DNA of 64,000 nucleotides from a virus (IMGVR_UViG_3300043642_000037:32001-96000), one strand, 5' to 3'; positions 1 through 8,854 are shown, counted from the stretch's first letter. The notes: a model not told the origin generated them from the sequence alone. Made by a program: numbers and translations.

Positions 1-1
1 C

Positions 2-67
2 TGGACGGCCCTGGTGGACGCCGTTCGCGCGGAAGCTAAGGTCGTCGGCCTGTGGGTGACCGAGTGA
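2..67 (+). CDS. 3' end of a gene truncated by the window edge
   Basis: Open frame WTALVDAVRAEAKVVGLWVTE* whose TGA overlaps the next GTG (GTGA). Confidence 0.5.
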   Translation, partial: WTALVDAVRAEAKVVGLWVTE

Positions 68-930
68 GCGCCGTGTTCGTCTTCGGCAGCAACCTGGCCG
101 GCCGTCACGGCAAGGGCGCCGCGCTGGACGCTCGGGTCAAGCACGGAGCGCGGCTCGGCGTCGGCGAGGGGCGGACGGGAAACGCGTACGCCATCCCGAC
201 CAAGGACGCGCAGCTGCGCACGAGGCCCCTCGAGGGTGTTCGCGCTTCTGTGGAGACGTTCAAGCGCTATGCGACGGCCAATCCTGACCTTGTTTTTCAG
301 GTCACGCGGGTGGGCTGTGGGTTGGCGGGATACACAGATAGTCAGATTGGTCCGATGTTTTCGGATGCGCCGGATAATTGCATGCTGCCTGAGGAATGGG
401 TTTGTTTCCGAATGTCTGAAAAAGACCAACATGGTTCGTTTACGGACAAAATCGCGCAGGGAGAAGTCATCGCGTTCACTGGTCATCGACCGGACAAGCT
501 CGGTGGATGGAACCTGGCACATCCGGTCGTAGGCCAGGTCAAGCTCGCCATACGAGGCTCGCTAGTCGACCTTCAGCCGTCGATGGTGATATCGGGGATG
601 GCGCTTGGCGTGGACCAGTGGGCGGCCCGTGAGAGCGTCGCCATCGGCGTTCCGTTCACGGCCGCGCTGCCGTGCGACGACATGGACGCGGCCTGGCCCC
701 CGCGGTCGCGGGCTGAGTTTCGCGAGCTGCTGGCGCTCGCGGCGCGCGTGCACGTCGTCTCGCCTGGGCCGTATAGGCCGTGGAAGATGCAGCGAAGGAA
801 CGAGTGGATGGTGGACAACTCGCAGCGGCTCGTCACCGTGCACGACGGCTCGTCGGGCGGGACCTTCAACTGCATCATGTACGCCGAGAGCGTGGGACGC
901 CTGATCCACCCGCTTCGCTGGCGGGAATGA
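64..930 (+). CDS. Fusion of a phage 'VFVFGSN' (A1S_2505-like) domain and a YspA/DUF1273-like SLOG domain
   Basis: N-half VFVFGSNLAGRHGKGAA...YAIPTK...FQVTRVGCGLAG; C-half AFTGHRPDKL...ISGMALGVDQWAA...QRRNEWMVD...GGT. Confidence 0.75.
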   Translation: MSAVFVFGSNLAGRHGKGAALDARVKHGARLGVGEGRTGNAYAIPTKDAQLRTRPLEGVRASVETFKRYATANPDLVFQVTRVGCGLAGYTDSQIGPMFSDAPDNCMLPEEWVCFRMSEKDQHGSFTDKIAQGEVIAFTGHRPDKLGGWNLAHPVVGQVKLAIRGSLVDLQPSMVISGMALGVDQWAARESVAIGVPFTAALPCDDMDAAWPPRSRAEFRELLALAARVHVVSPGPYRPWKMQRRNEWMVDNSQRLVTVHDGSSGGTFNCIMYAESVGRLIHPLRWRE

Positions 931-977
931 TCCGATTCGCGTTGACGGACGCTCGTGGTCTACCCGATAAACATCAC

Positions 978-1205
978 ATGCCGAAGATTGCAACCAAATT
1001 CACCGCTGACACGATCATCAAGGTCGGTCGTCGGAGCCTAGTCGTGAAGACGCCGATCGATCTCGCGGACATCCGCGGCGACGACGCGGGCGCCGTCATG
1101 ACGGAGTTCGCGAGCGCCAAGGTCCGGGACTCGATGAAGGTGTCGATCGCCAACCTTCCGGCGTTGAAGAAGGCCCACAAGGCGTACAAGAAGGCGCATC
1201 CGTAG
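978..1205 (+). CDS. Small basic hypothetical protein (75 aa)
   Basis: ATG directly after GATAAACATC motif; phage-typical codon use. Confidence 0.6.
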   Translation: MPKIATKFTADTIIKVGRRSLVVKTPIDLADIRGDDAGAVMTEFASAKVRDSMKVSIANLPALKKAHKAYKKAHP

Positions 1206-1224
1206 CCCGCGAGGAGCCGCGGGG

Positions 1225-1282
1225 CCCCTGGTTGACCTTTTCCGGGCTGAGGCTGGAACAGGTCAACCAGGGGTTTATCTTT
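1225..1282 (+). terminator. Long hairpin followed by a T-rich tail
   Basis: CCCCTGGTTGACCT (1225-1238) pairs perfectly with AGGTCAACCAGGGG (1260-1273), then TTTATCTTTT. Confidence 0.55.
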
Positions 1283-1320
1283 TCCGGGCTGAGGCTGGAA
1301 CAGGTCAACCAGGGGTTTAT
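1237..1320. repeat. Exact 42-bp tandem duplication
   Basis: CTTTTCCGGGCTGAGGCTGGAACAGGTCAACCAGGGGTTTAT at 1237-1278 and 1279-1320. Confidence 0.95.
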
Positions 1321-1380
1321 CTTTTTGGAGGGGAGGCCAAAAAAGGTCGCCAAATCGGGCAAAAGACCCCGAGGAGAAAC

Positions 1381-1626
1381 ATGCCTGATCCCAAAACCCG
1401 CGAGCTTCCCAATCCGATCGAGGAGACCATCAACTGGTGCCGGCACAATCGGCCTGACTGCGTCGAGCATCTCGAGCGCATCTACAGGACCAATCGCAAC
1501 AAGTCGGACGAGAGCAGCCAGGCGTTCCTGCTCCTGATCTCGCTCGGCTTCGCCGCCGGGCGCGTGTTCCAGGCCGCGCCTGCTCACGATGAGGTCCCGC
1601 TGCTCAGCAAGTCGCCCTATCATTAG
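1381..1626 (+). CDS. Hypothetical protein
   Basis: GAGGAG SD before ATG; 81 aa. Confidence 0.7.
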   Translation: MPDPKTRELPNPIEETINWCRHNRPDCVEHLERIYRTNRNKSDESSQAFLLLISLGFAAGRVFQAAPAHDEVPLLSKSPYH

Positions 1627-1671
1627 AAACACCCCACAAAGGGGCATAAGGCATTGAGGAGGAAAACGTCC

Positions 1672-2508
1672 ATGAACGCTTTTGTTGCGGTGTTTCTAGT
1701 CATGTTTATGGCCGCCTGCAGCGCGGACGCGCAGGACGGCTCGGTGCTTCGAGGTCCCCCGGGGCCCGACGGGATGGTTGGTTCCGCAGGACCCGCGGGG
1801 CCCGCGGGGCCCGCGGGTCCTGCCGGGGTCGCTGGTCCCGCGGGCCGACAGGGTGATCACGGCGCACCCGGCGCGACGGGGTCACCCGGACCGCAAGGCT
1901 CGCCCGGCCCCCAGGGCTTTCCTGGGCCTCAGGGACCCCTCGGTCCTGTGGGACCCGCGGGCGCGTCGATCGTCGGCCCGTCAGGACCCACGGGCCTCCA
2001 GGGTCCGCAAGGCCCCTCGGGAACAGGCCCCGCGGGCCCCGCAGGACCTCGCGGCAATGCCGGACCCGCGGGCCCCGCGCCCATCGCGTACGCGAAGGAC
2101 GGTCACCGGCTCGGGCTGTTCGTGGGCAGCGTCAGCTTTCCTACGGCCAGCGTTGGGATGACCGGCTCGTTCGTGACGTTCGGTACCGATGCGTTCTCGG
2201 TGTCGGACGGGCTGTTCGTGTCGATGGCACCGACGCCGATCTACTTCACGCAGGCGGGATGTCTCGGCCAGGCGTTCATCGCGGCGGCCGACGCCGACGG
2301 CGGAATCGCGAACCAGCTCTGGTGGACGACGACGCAGATCTACCAGCGGGGCTCGACCACGGCGACGAACATACAGGCCGCGTCTAAAATGGTCGCGGAC
2401 ACGTGTGTGGGCGTCGGCATTACGACGATCTCGACCTACGTCGCCTTCGTCCTCCCCGTCGCGTACAACATGAAGTCCACGCTGCCGTGGACGATCGTCA
2501 TCGAGTAG
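1672..2508 (+). CDS. Collagen-like lipoprotein
   Basis: GAGGAGG SD; signal peptide ending MAAC (lipobox-like); long Gly-X-Y run; globular C-terminal domain. Confidence 0.85.
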   Translation: MNAFVAVFLVMFMAACSADAQDGSVLRGPPGPDGMVGSAGPAGPAGPAGPAGVAGPAGRQGDHGAPGATGSPGPQGSPGPQGFPGPQGPLGPVGPAGASIVGPSGPTGLQGPQGPSGTGPAGPAGPRGNAGPAGPAPIAYAKDGHRLGLFVGSVSFPTASVGMTGSFVTFGTDAFSVSDGLFVSMAPTPIYFTQAGCLGQAFIAAADADGGIANQLWWTTTQIYQRGSTTATNIQAASKMVADTCVGVGITTISTYVAFVLPVAYNMKSTLPWTIVIE

Positions 2509-2517
2509 CTCACACAA

Positions 2518-2688
2518 ACGTCGCCTTCGTCCTCCCCCGACGAAGCCGCAGGCGAAACCGGGTCGAGTCACCTCCCCCACTGAACGCTCGACCCGTTCCG
2601 GTCGGAACTGCCCTACCGACGCTGAAGAAGCCAGGGCACGTGGAAGGCAGTAAGCGCGTAGGCTATTCCGGCCTGCGCGAGTTGTTAC
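2518..2688 (+). ncRNA. Candidate structured RNA (C-rich-loop hairpins, type II hammerhead-like core)
   Basis: Stems 2525-2531/2539-2545, 2559-2567/2587-2595, 2601-2605/2616-2620, 2609-2614/2633-2638 and 2655-2663/2671-2679; GAAA at 2554-2557; CTGAAGA at 2622-2628. Confidence 0.5.
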
Positions 2689-2693
2689 CAAAC

Positions 2694-2711
2694 CGCCCTG
2701 TTCGGGCAAGG
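2694..2711 (+). promoter_or_regulatory. 18-bp hairpin+SD element, copy 1
   Basis: CGCCCTGTTCGGGCAAGG, 7 nt before ATG 2719. Confidence 0.8.
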
Positions 2712-2718
2712 AGATATT

Positions 2719-3546
2719 ATGCGTATTTCTCATCGCTGTGTTGTTTCGTTTATTGCAGTTCTGTTCATGTTGTTTATTTCATCCATGGCATATGCTGCGG
2801 ACACGGCGGCACCTGCGGGCGCGGCTCAGCCTGTTGGTGCCGCAGGCATCATTGCTGCCATCGCTGCGGGTCTTGCCGCGGTCGTGACAGCCGCTGCTGC
2901 GCTGGTGAGCGCATCCCGCAGTGGCCGCGCAGCCGCGGCCGCGACCGAACATGCCGCGACCGCAACTGCAACTGCAACGGTGGCTGTTGCGCAGTCTGCA
3001 GCTGCCGACGCTCGCGCTGCGGCGGCAGAGACCCGCGCGGCCGCGGCTGCGCAGTGGGCTGATCGCCTTGCTAGCGCGCATCAGGATGGTGTGGTTCTCT
3101 TATTGACTTATCCCGGCGTGGCCAAAAGTTCACGAGAGCTGCTGACGACTAACGGTTGGCGCGTTCTGGCGTACGCGGTGACAGATGCAGAGCTTGCACG
3201 CGGCGAACTGCTTCCGGGCGGTGAGCGTTTGCTTGCGGATGTCGCCGCGGCCGACGCTGTTGTTGTGGAGGGTCTCGATGAGGCACACGTGGCTCAGCTG
3301 GCTGGCATGCGCGACCTTCGTGATCGTGTGCGGGCGGGCGCGTCGGTGTGCTTGTACACCGGAGGTCGTAATTATCGGTATGATCTCACCCTCTGGGGGG
3401 AGTGTGACCAGGGCGTCACAATGCCCGTCACAGTTGAGGCGGCTGTTAGAGGGTCGCTTGCTCGTCGCGAGGCGACTAGTCGTCGTCAGGGTATTCGTCC
3501 AGGTCAGTTAGCCGCCGCGCGAGAGGCCCTGATTCATTGTCAGTAA
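2719..3546 (+). CDS. Ala-rich membrane-associated hypothetical protein
   Basis: Hydrophobic N-terminal segments; preceded by the 18-bp element. Confidence 0.7.
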   Translation: MRISHRCVVSFIAVLFMLFISSMAYAADTAAPAGAAQPVGAAGIIAAIAAGLAAVVTAAAALVSASRSGRAAAAATEHAATATATATVAVAQSAAADARAAAAETRAAAAAQWADRLASAHQDGVVLLLTYPGVAKSSRELLTTNGWRVLAYAVTDAELARGELLPGGERLLADVAAADAVVVEGLDEAHVAQLAGMRDLRDRVRAGASVCLYTGGRNYRYDLTLWGECDQGVTMPVTVEAAVRGSLARREATSRRQGIRPGQLAAAREALIHCQ

Positions 3547-3566
3547 AAACTACAGGAGAGACCCAA

Positions 3567-4430
3567 ATGAACGATCCATTCGGTGGTTATCAGCCTCAAG
3601 TGCCGCTTCGCACGCACCTCACGATGCAGATTGGTGGGTTCAGCTGCCAGTTGAACATGCCGGTCGCGACGCGCTCGCAGTACGTTGGCGGCGCCGAGGT
3701 GACCTCCCGTCTCGCGCCCTCCGCGCCGGTCGGGGTGCTTCGCGTCGACGACTATCCGGGATGCCCGGCCGACTGGGCTCGCAGCAACCATACGCGAGCG
3801 AGCTACTTCTTCGCGGCCCAGCCGGGCCACATGGTCTGGCTGGACCTGCGCGCGTGCGAGCAGAACACGCATCACGTCGCCGCGCTCATATCGGCGCAGG
3901 GCATCAACGCGATCACCGGCGCGCAGATGACCCCGCCGCCGCGCCTCGAGCAGCGACCGGCGCAGAACTACATCGCCACGACGTCGGTCAGCCCCGGTCG
4001 GTTCTGGCGCGACGGGTTCTGCGGGCGCGACGGACAGACCCGGGAGTTCCTGTTCACCGAGGACGTGGGGCGCGGCGTCGCCGCCCAGGTCATCGGCGAG
4101 GATCGCGTGCATGCGTTCGGCATCGCGCTGTTCAAGTCGGCCCAGCCCAAGCCGCGCCCGGCGTACAGCGGGTATCGCGGTGGCGGCCAGATGATGGGCG
4201 GCCTCGAGGGCGTGACCCGCGGCGCGAGCCGCGGCATGGAGGTCGGCGCCGGTGCGCTGGTCAGCCAGCAGGTGGAGCAGGACAGCAGCGCGCCGGGCTT
4301 CTGGCACGGGGCCCCCGACGCCGTGTTCGTGCTGTACTACGTCAGCGCGGAGGAGCTTGCGGCGATTGTTGGCCACGGCTCGACGCCGCAGTCCGAGGGA
4401 TTCATTCCGGGGCCTGTCGGCAACCCCTGA
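3567..4430 (+). CDS. Conserved hypothetical protein
   Basis: AGGAG SD; motifs VWLDL, GINAITG, QNYI, WRDGF, MEVGAGA recall an uncharacterised bacterial/fungal family (recollection only). Confidence 0.7.
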   Translation: MNDPFGGYQPQVPLRTHLTMQIGGFSCQLNMPVATRSQYVGGAEVTSRLAPSAPVGVLRVDDYPGCPADWARSNHTRASYFFAAQPGHMVWLDLRACEQNTHHVAALISAQGINAITGAQMTPPPRLEQRPAQNYIATTSVSPGRFWRDGFCGRDGQTREFLFTEDVGRGVAAQVIGEDRVHAFGIALFKSAQPKPRPAYSGYRGGGQMMGGLEGVTRGASRGMEVGAGALVSQQVEQDSSAPGFWHGAPDAVFVLYYVSAEELAAIVGHGSTPQSEGFIPGPVGNP

Positions 4431-4494
4431 GGCTGTCTCGAGACGGCTGACCTTCGGGAGAACGATAATCAGAGTCCTGATCGGACTCAAATCA

Positions 4495-4512
4495 CGCCCT
4501 GTTCGGGCAAGG
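4495..4512 (+). promoter_or_regulatory. 18-bp hairpin+SD element, copy 2
   Basis: CGCCCTGTTCGGGCAAGG, 8 nt before ATG 4521; preceded by hairpin GAGTCC-TGATC-GGACTC (4472-4488). Confidence 0.8.
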
Positions 4513-4520
4513 GACTAGAC

Positions 4521-6134
4521 ATGCTTTCAACCGAATTTGATGAATATGGAGTAGATTTTGCTGAGGGGCTCAAGGCACTGCGCCGGTGGGACCGGTCGAT
4601 TGCGCCGAGCGTCAAACAGTATTATACTGACCGGTCATATTCGCAAGCTGTTCGCCGATTGGCTCGATATAGCCAGTCTGGTATGGATGCCATCGACGGC
4701 AGGATCCTAGCGGCGGGTTGGTGCTGGGCGTCGCCCCGCAGGTTCCATGATGCGCTCCCGTCGTTTCTGCACTTCTGGCAGCGGGCCGTCGACCGACCCG
4801 CTATCGTTGGCAGCAGCCATAATATCGTCGACCCGGCCGACGCCTATGCTGCGTGGACTCTCGGTGTGCCGGCGGCTGCCCTGCGATTGGCGTTGATACG
4901 TGTGATCGTCCAGGAGGCGGGACGGGCCCGCCGTGCCTCGCCTGAGGCGCCTTACCCGCGTCGCATCACTCGGACGAGGCACGATAAATTGGTCCGCGCG
5001 GGGCGCGCCGCCGCTCGGACGTCAGCTGGCCTCGTCGTCGACTCGGGCGGTCATCCGCTGCGCGGTCACACCCTCGGTCTCGACGCGTGGGCGGCTCTTG
5101 GTAGGGTCTCTCCAGAGATGCAGCGCGCCGTCCTATGGTCCGTGCAGTTCATGGCGCCCGGACTGATTCGATCCAGGGATCTCCCATGGGACGTCGCGCG
5201 CCGTCGGTGCAGTGGGCCGGTTGCCCGCTCGGCATGGGCGACCGGGCGGCGACAGGTGGAGATACTCTGCGCGCAGGGGCGTCTGGGGCCATGGTCGCTA
5301 TGGTTGCCTAGCGATCGGCGCGCGCTCGAGCTTTCGCGCGGTGTCCCGCCAACTGAGATGGCGCGGTACGCCCTTATGCGGTCGCACTATCATATAGGTG
5401 AGCTTACTACGCGAGAGGCCGGAATTTGGGTGTCAGCGGGACGCCCTGAGATTAGGCAATGGTACGTTGACCGCGCGTGCGACGGAGTGCGGCCCGCGAT
5501 GGTCGCTGACATGCGATCGATCGTGGGTTCTGCGCGCAGTCTGCGTGTGATCAGGTGGCTGGAGTCCGTCAGCCGCCACCAGGCGCAGTGGGACGCGCTG
5601 ACGAGGCAGCGTCCGCTGCCCCCGGCGGTGGCGCGGCATGCCCCGCTCGGGGCAACGTACCAGCTGGCGGCGCGTGTCGACGAGATCACTGACGCCGACA
5701 TCCCGTTGCTATCGGCGGGCCCGGTGGCTGTCCTCGAGCGCGCTGCGGCGCGGTGGACACGTGAGCAGGAGGAGCGGCTCGTTGCAGATGCAACGCCATT
5801 CGCCGAAGTCGCGCCGTGGCGCGACGCTAAGGTTGTCATTGACACGACGGCGACGATCATCGTGTCCGTAATTCGGACACCGGCGTCACTGGTGCAACTT
5901 GGGCGCGAGGAGGGGCACTGCGTTGGCGGCTATGCCCAGCTGATCTCGGCCGGGACCTCGGTGATTTGTACCGCGACGGATGGTTCGGGACTCCGGTCGA
6001 CCGCGGAGATCGACCCGCGACGCATGCGCGTCGCACAGCACTTTGCGGCGGCCAATACGGCGCCATCATGGCTCTCAGCCCATCGTCAAGGATTGGATGC
6101 CTGGCTCCAAATGGGTCCAATACAGCACTACTGA
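4521..6134 (+). CDS. Protein with a C-terminal PcfJ-like domain
   Basis: LVQLGREEGHCVGGY...STAEI...VAQHFAAANTAP fits the PcfJ pattern. Confidence 0.65.
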   Translation: MLSTEFDEYGVDFAEGLKALRRWDRSIAPSVKQYYTDRSYSQAVRRLARYSQSGMDAIDGRILAAGWCWASPRRFHDALPSFLHFWQRAVDRPAIVGSSHNIVDPADAYAAWTLGVPAAALRLALIRVIVQEAGRARRASPEAPYPRRITRTRHDKLVRAGRAAARTSAGLVVDSGGHPLRGHTLGLDAWAALGRVSPEMQRAVLWSVQFMAPGLIRSRDLPWDVARRRCSGPVARSAWATGRRQVEILCAQGRLGPWSLWLPSDRRALELSRGVPPTEMARYALMRSHYHIGELTTREAGIWVSAGRPEIRQWYVDRACDGVRPAMVADMRSIVGSARSLRVIRWLESVSRHQAQWDALTRQRPLPPAVARHAPLGATYQLAARVDEITDADIPLLSAGPVAVLERAAARWTREQEERLVADATPFAEVAPWRDAKVVIDTTATIIVSVIRTPASLVQLGREEGHCVGGYAQLISAGTSVICTATDGSGLRSTAEIDPRRMRVAQHFAAANTAPSWLSAHRQGLDAWLQMGPIQHY

Positions 6135-6136
6135 AA

Positions 6137-6154
6137 CGCCCTGTTCGGGCAAGG
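6137..6154 (+). promoter_or_regulatory. 18-bp hairpin+SD element, copy 3
   Basis: CGCCCTGTTCGGGCAAGG, 7 nt before ATG 6162. Confidence 0.8.
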
Positions 6155-6161
6155 ATTCAAC

Positions 6162-7655
6162 ATGCGAAACTCAGATCGTCAGTACATTCCCACCATGCCG
6201 GCCAAGCCGGCTCCATCTCTCTGGCAGCGCGTCCGCAGCGCCGCCTCGACCGCGGTCGCCGCGGTGCGCTCGGCTGGCGCACGGGTCATCGCCTTCGTCG
6301 CGCGCAAGGCGACCGGCGCCCGCGCGGCACTTTCCCGCGTGGCCCGCGCCGCGATGACTCGGCGGCCCTGGGTCCTGACCCGTCAGGGCGCGGGCCACGC
6401 CGCCACCCGCGCCACCGTCTGGTGCCGGGACACGTGGCACCGCGTGGTTCGTCCGTTCATGCGCGTTCGCGTGACCGTGCTGGGTATTGGCGCGGCCGTG
6501 ATCGGGCTCGTTGCCGCGCCCATCACGACCCTCACGGTCATGGCGGGCGCGGGCGCGGCCCTGCTCGGGCTCTCTCGGCTCATTTCCGCTCTCGAGAGTT
6601 CGGATCGGCGCGCCGCCCGCGTCGCGCTGCTCGTCATCGAATACGCCGCCCAGGCGCTCCGCGCCGTCGCGTACGCGGTCGCCGGCGGCGTCGTGATCGC
6701 CATCAGCATGGTGTCGATTCCCTTCGCCCTGACGGAGATTGCCGAGCTGGTTCTGCGCTACCTCGACGTGCCGCATGCCACCTCGCTCGCGGCCCTCGCG
6801 TTCTTCGTGATGACCGCGAGCTGGGGGCTGGCCGTTATCGAGGTCGCCTGGCTGGCGCTCGTTCATGACAGCGTCCGCAAGCCGGGCGCCGGCGTGCGGC
6901 AGGAAATCCCGCTCATCCGCATCGACGCCGATTGCGCGTGGAATGGAACCGAGGTCGTTGATCTCGTTCCAGGCACCGCGTTGGCCAGCGAGGAAGAGAT
7001 GAAGAGCACGTTCGAGATGACGGACATCGAGTCCACCCCCGCCCCCGCGGGCACCCCGTGCGTGGGTTGCGATCTCGAGGATCGAAGCCCCCGGTACCGC
7101 ATCGGCAACATGTCGTCGCTGTGCGGCGACTGCTTCAAGTGCCTCGTCGACGACGAGCTGATCACCGCGGCTGACCGCGGCGAGGTCAGCGCGGAGGACG
7201 TGCTCGCCGCGGCTCGCGCGGGCATTCAGGTCCCGGCCTACGTCATCATCGCGACGGGTGCCCGCCTGCGCAGCACGCGCATCGACCTCGACCGCGAGGC
7301 GATTACTTGCCGGACCGAGGCTCGCGTGCTCAGCGAGCAGGACACGTCCAAGGTCCACTGGGCTGAGACGGGCTGGTGGTTCGACGCGCGGGGGAGCCGT
7401 CGGGCTCGCCGTTGGCACGGCTTCGTCGCGGGTCGCGCGGTCGCGGAAGTTGACTACGCGTACGAGCGCGACGTTCGTGGATTCTACGTCGTCTCTCCCT
7501 CGCGCGAGGGCTCGCCCGCGCGGGGGATGGGTCCGTACCGCGCGCTCGCGTACGCGCAGGAAGTCGCGGCTGACGAGATCGCGGATCGCGTCATGACGCC
7601 GATCATCAAGACGGCGCGCCCCCAAGCCGCGCCTGTCGCAGGGTTCGCGTGGTGA
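6162..7655 (+). CDS. Multi-pass membrane protein with a CxxC...CxxC segment
   Basis: Several hydrophobic helices; CVGC...CGDC. Confidence 0.7.
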   Translation: MRNSDRQYIPTMPAKPAPSLWQRVRSAASTAVAAVRSAGARVIAFVARKATGARAALSRVARAAMTRRPWVLTRQGAGHAATRATVWCRDTWHRVVRPFMRVRVTVLGIGAAVIGLVAAPITTLTVMAGAGAALLGLSRLISALESSDRRAARVALLVIEYAAQALRAVAYAVAGGVVIAISMVSIPFALTEIAELVLRYLDVPHATSLAALAFFVMTASWGLAVIEVAWLALVHDSVRKPGAGVRQEIPLIRIDADCAWNGTEVVDLVPGTALASEEEMKSTFEMTDIESTPAPAGTPCVGCDLEDRSPRYRIGNMSSLCGDCFKCLVDDELITAADRGEVSAEDVLAAARAGIQVPAYVIIATGARLRSTRIDLDREAITCRTEARVLSEQDTSKVHWAETGWWFDARGSRRARRWHGFVAGRAVAEVDYAYERDVRGFYVVSPSREGSPARGMGPYRALAYAQEVAADEIADRVMTPIIKTARPQAAPVAGFAW

Positions 7656-8110
7656 CCGTCGACGAGGCGCTGCGAGCCCTCCCCGATCTTCGCGCGCGCG
7701 TGGATGCCGACGACGACTATTTGCGCGAGGTCATCCGTCGGACCGAGCGCGTGCTGGGAGACCTCCGGCCCGGCTCACTCTTTGTTCCGTACTCGGTGAA
7801 CGGCTCGCGCCGACAGATCCAGCTCCGTCAGTCCCGTGACGCCCGATGGCACGTGGCATGGCAGGGTGAGGATGGTCACTCGGTCGCGCTGCTCAGCGCC
7901 CCGCGGGGCGTCCGCGTGGAGGCATTCACGTCGATGCCCTGGGACGGCCACGAGTCTCCGATTGCGCCGATCGAGGCGCTGGTCATCGGCGTCAACCGCG
8001 AGCTGTCCTCGGCCGTGACGAATCGCGGTCCGCTGATGGAGGTCGCCCGGCGATTGGAGGCCGTGATCGAGGTGGCCGCGCGCAAGCCCCGCGGCAAGGG
8101 TTCGGATTGA
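7652..8110 (+). CDS. Hypothetical protein
   Basis: GTGA overlap with the upstream stop. Confidence 0.65.
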   Translation: MTVDEALRALPDLRARVDADDDYLREVIRRTERVLGDLRPGSLFVPYSVNGSRRQIQLRQSRDARWHVAWQGEDGHSVALLSAPRGVRVEAFTSMPWDGHESPIAPIEALVIGVNRELSSAVTNRGPLMEVARRLEAVIEVAARKPRGKGSD

Positions 8111-8409
8111 CCCTCGCGTTTGACGACATCCGGCACGGGTCATGGTCGTGTCGGTGGGGTCAATGGCTGATTCTCGTGCGAGAGCAGCCGGCCGGCTGGG
8201 TCGTGGTAGTCTGGGAATTGCAACCGGACGCCTCCATGACGACTCGAAATCCAATCGCCACGGCGAAGGGCATGGACTCAGCGCAGCACGCGGTGACGCA
8301 CGCGTGCGACGTGCTCAGATCGGCCGGGGTCACCCTGCTGGTGTCCGGCGTGCCCCAACGGCTGGAGAAGTTCCTCTCGTTCACGCCCGCGCCGCAGGAG
8401 GTCCCGTGA
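8107..8409 (+). CDS. Hypothetical protein
   Basis: TTGA overlap coupling. Confidence 0.6.
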   Translation: MTLAFDDIRHGSWSCRWGQWLILVREQPAGWVVVVWELQPDASMTTRNPIATAKGMDSAQHAVTHACDVLRSAGVTLLVSGVPQRLEKFLSFTPAPQEVP

Positions 8410-8621
8410 GGCTGTTCGTGGTCGAAGACCTCGGCGAGCGGGGCGCGGATGGGCGCTACGAGACGATGGAATCGCTCACCGAGCGCCTTGGCCGCGACTG
8501 GACGGCGCCCAGCGTCCGCGCGCTGGACGAGGCGCTGCTCGCGACCATCAACGTCGCCCACGTCGGGATGGTCCTGCGGTATCGGCGGGGGTGGGTGTTC
8601 CTGGCGGAGGATTCAACGTGA
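8406..8621 (+). CDS. Hypothetical protein
   Basis: GTGA overlap; AGGAGG upstream. Confidence 0.6.
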   Translation: MRLFVVEDLGERGADGRYETMESLTERLGRDWTAPSVRALDEALLATINVAHVGMVLRYRRGWVFLAEDST

Positions 8622-8854
8622 GCAGGTTGCTCTACCTCCCCATCATCGGAGTGATCGCTCTGGTGCTTGGTAGCTGGGAGCAATCGAGCGAGAACGTGAA
8701 CGACGCAGGCTCGTGTCATTGTTCGCTCGCTCTTGCAGCAGGTGCTGTATGGGATCGCTCTTGGCAGCGGCGGTTCGCACTGACGCCGCGGATGACGCAG
8801 GGCATTCTCGGCGGTCACACCGCGGCGCGATGCGCGCACGAACTGTCGACGTGA
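8618..8854 (+). CDS. Small hypothetical protein with a hydrophobic N-terminus
   Basis: GTGA overlap; GGAGG upstream. Confidence 0.5.
   Translation: MSRLLYLPIIGVIALVLGSWEQSSENVNDAGSCHCSLALAAGAVWDRSWQRRFALTPRMTQGILGGHTAARCAHELST

Noticed and set aside
1237-1320. Possible CRISPR array
   Set aside because: Only two abutting copies with no spacers, and no cas operon.
2438-2537. 20-bp repeat as a DGR template/variable pair or att site
   Set aside because: The copies are identical and short, and no reverse transcriptase or integrase is in the window.
2621-2631. Lambda boxB-like GCT-GAAGA-AGC loop
   Set aside because: Only a 3-bp stem, no boxA seen, and better explained as the CUGAnGA hammerhead core.
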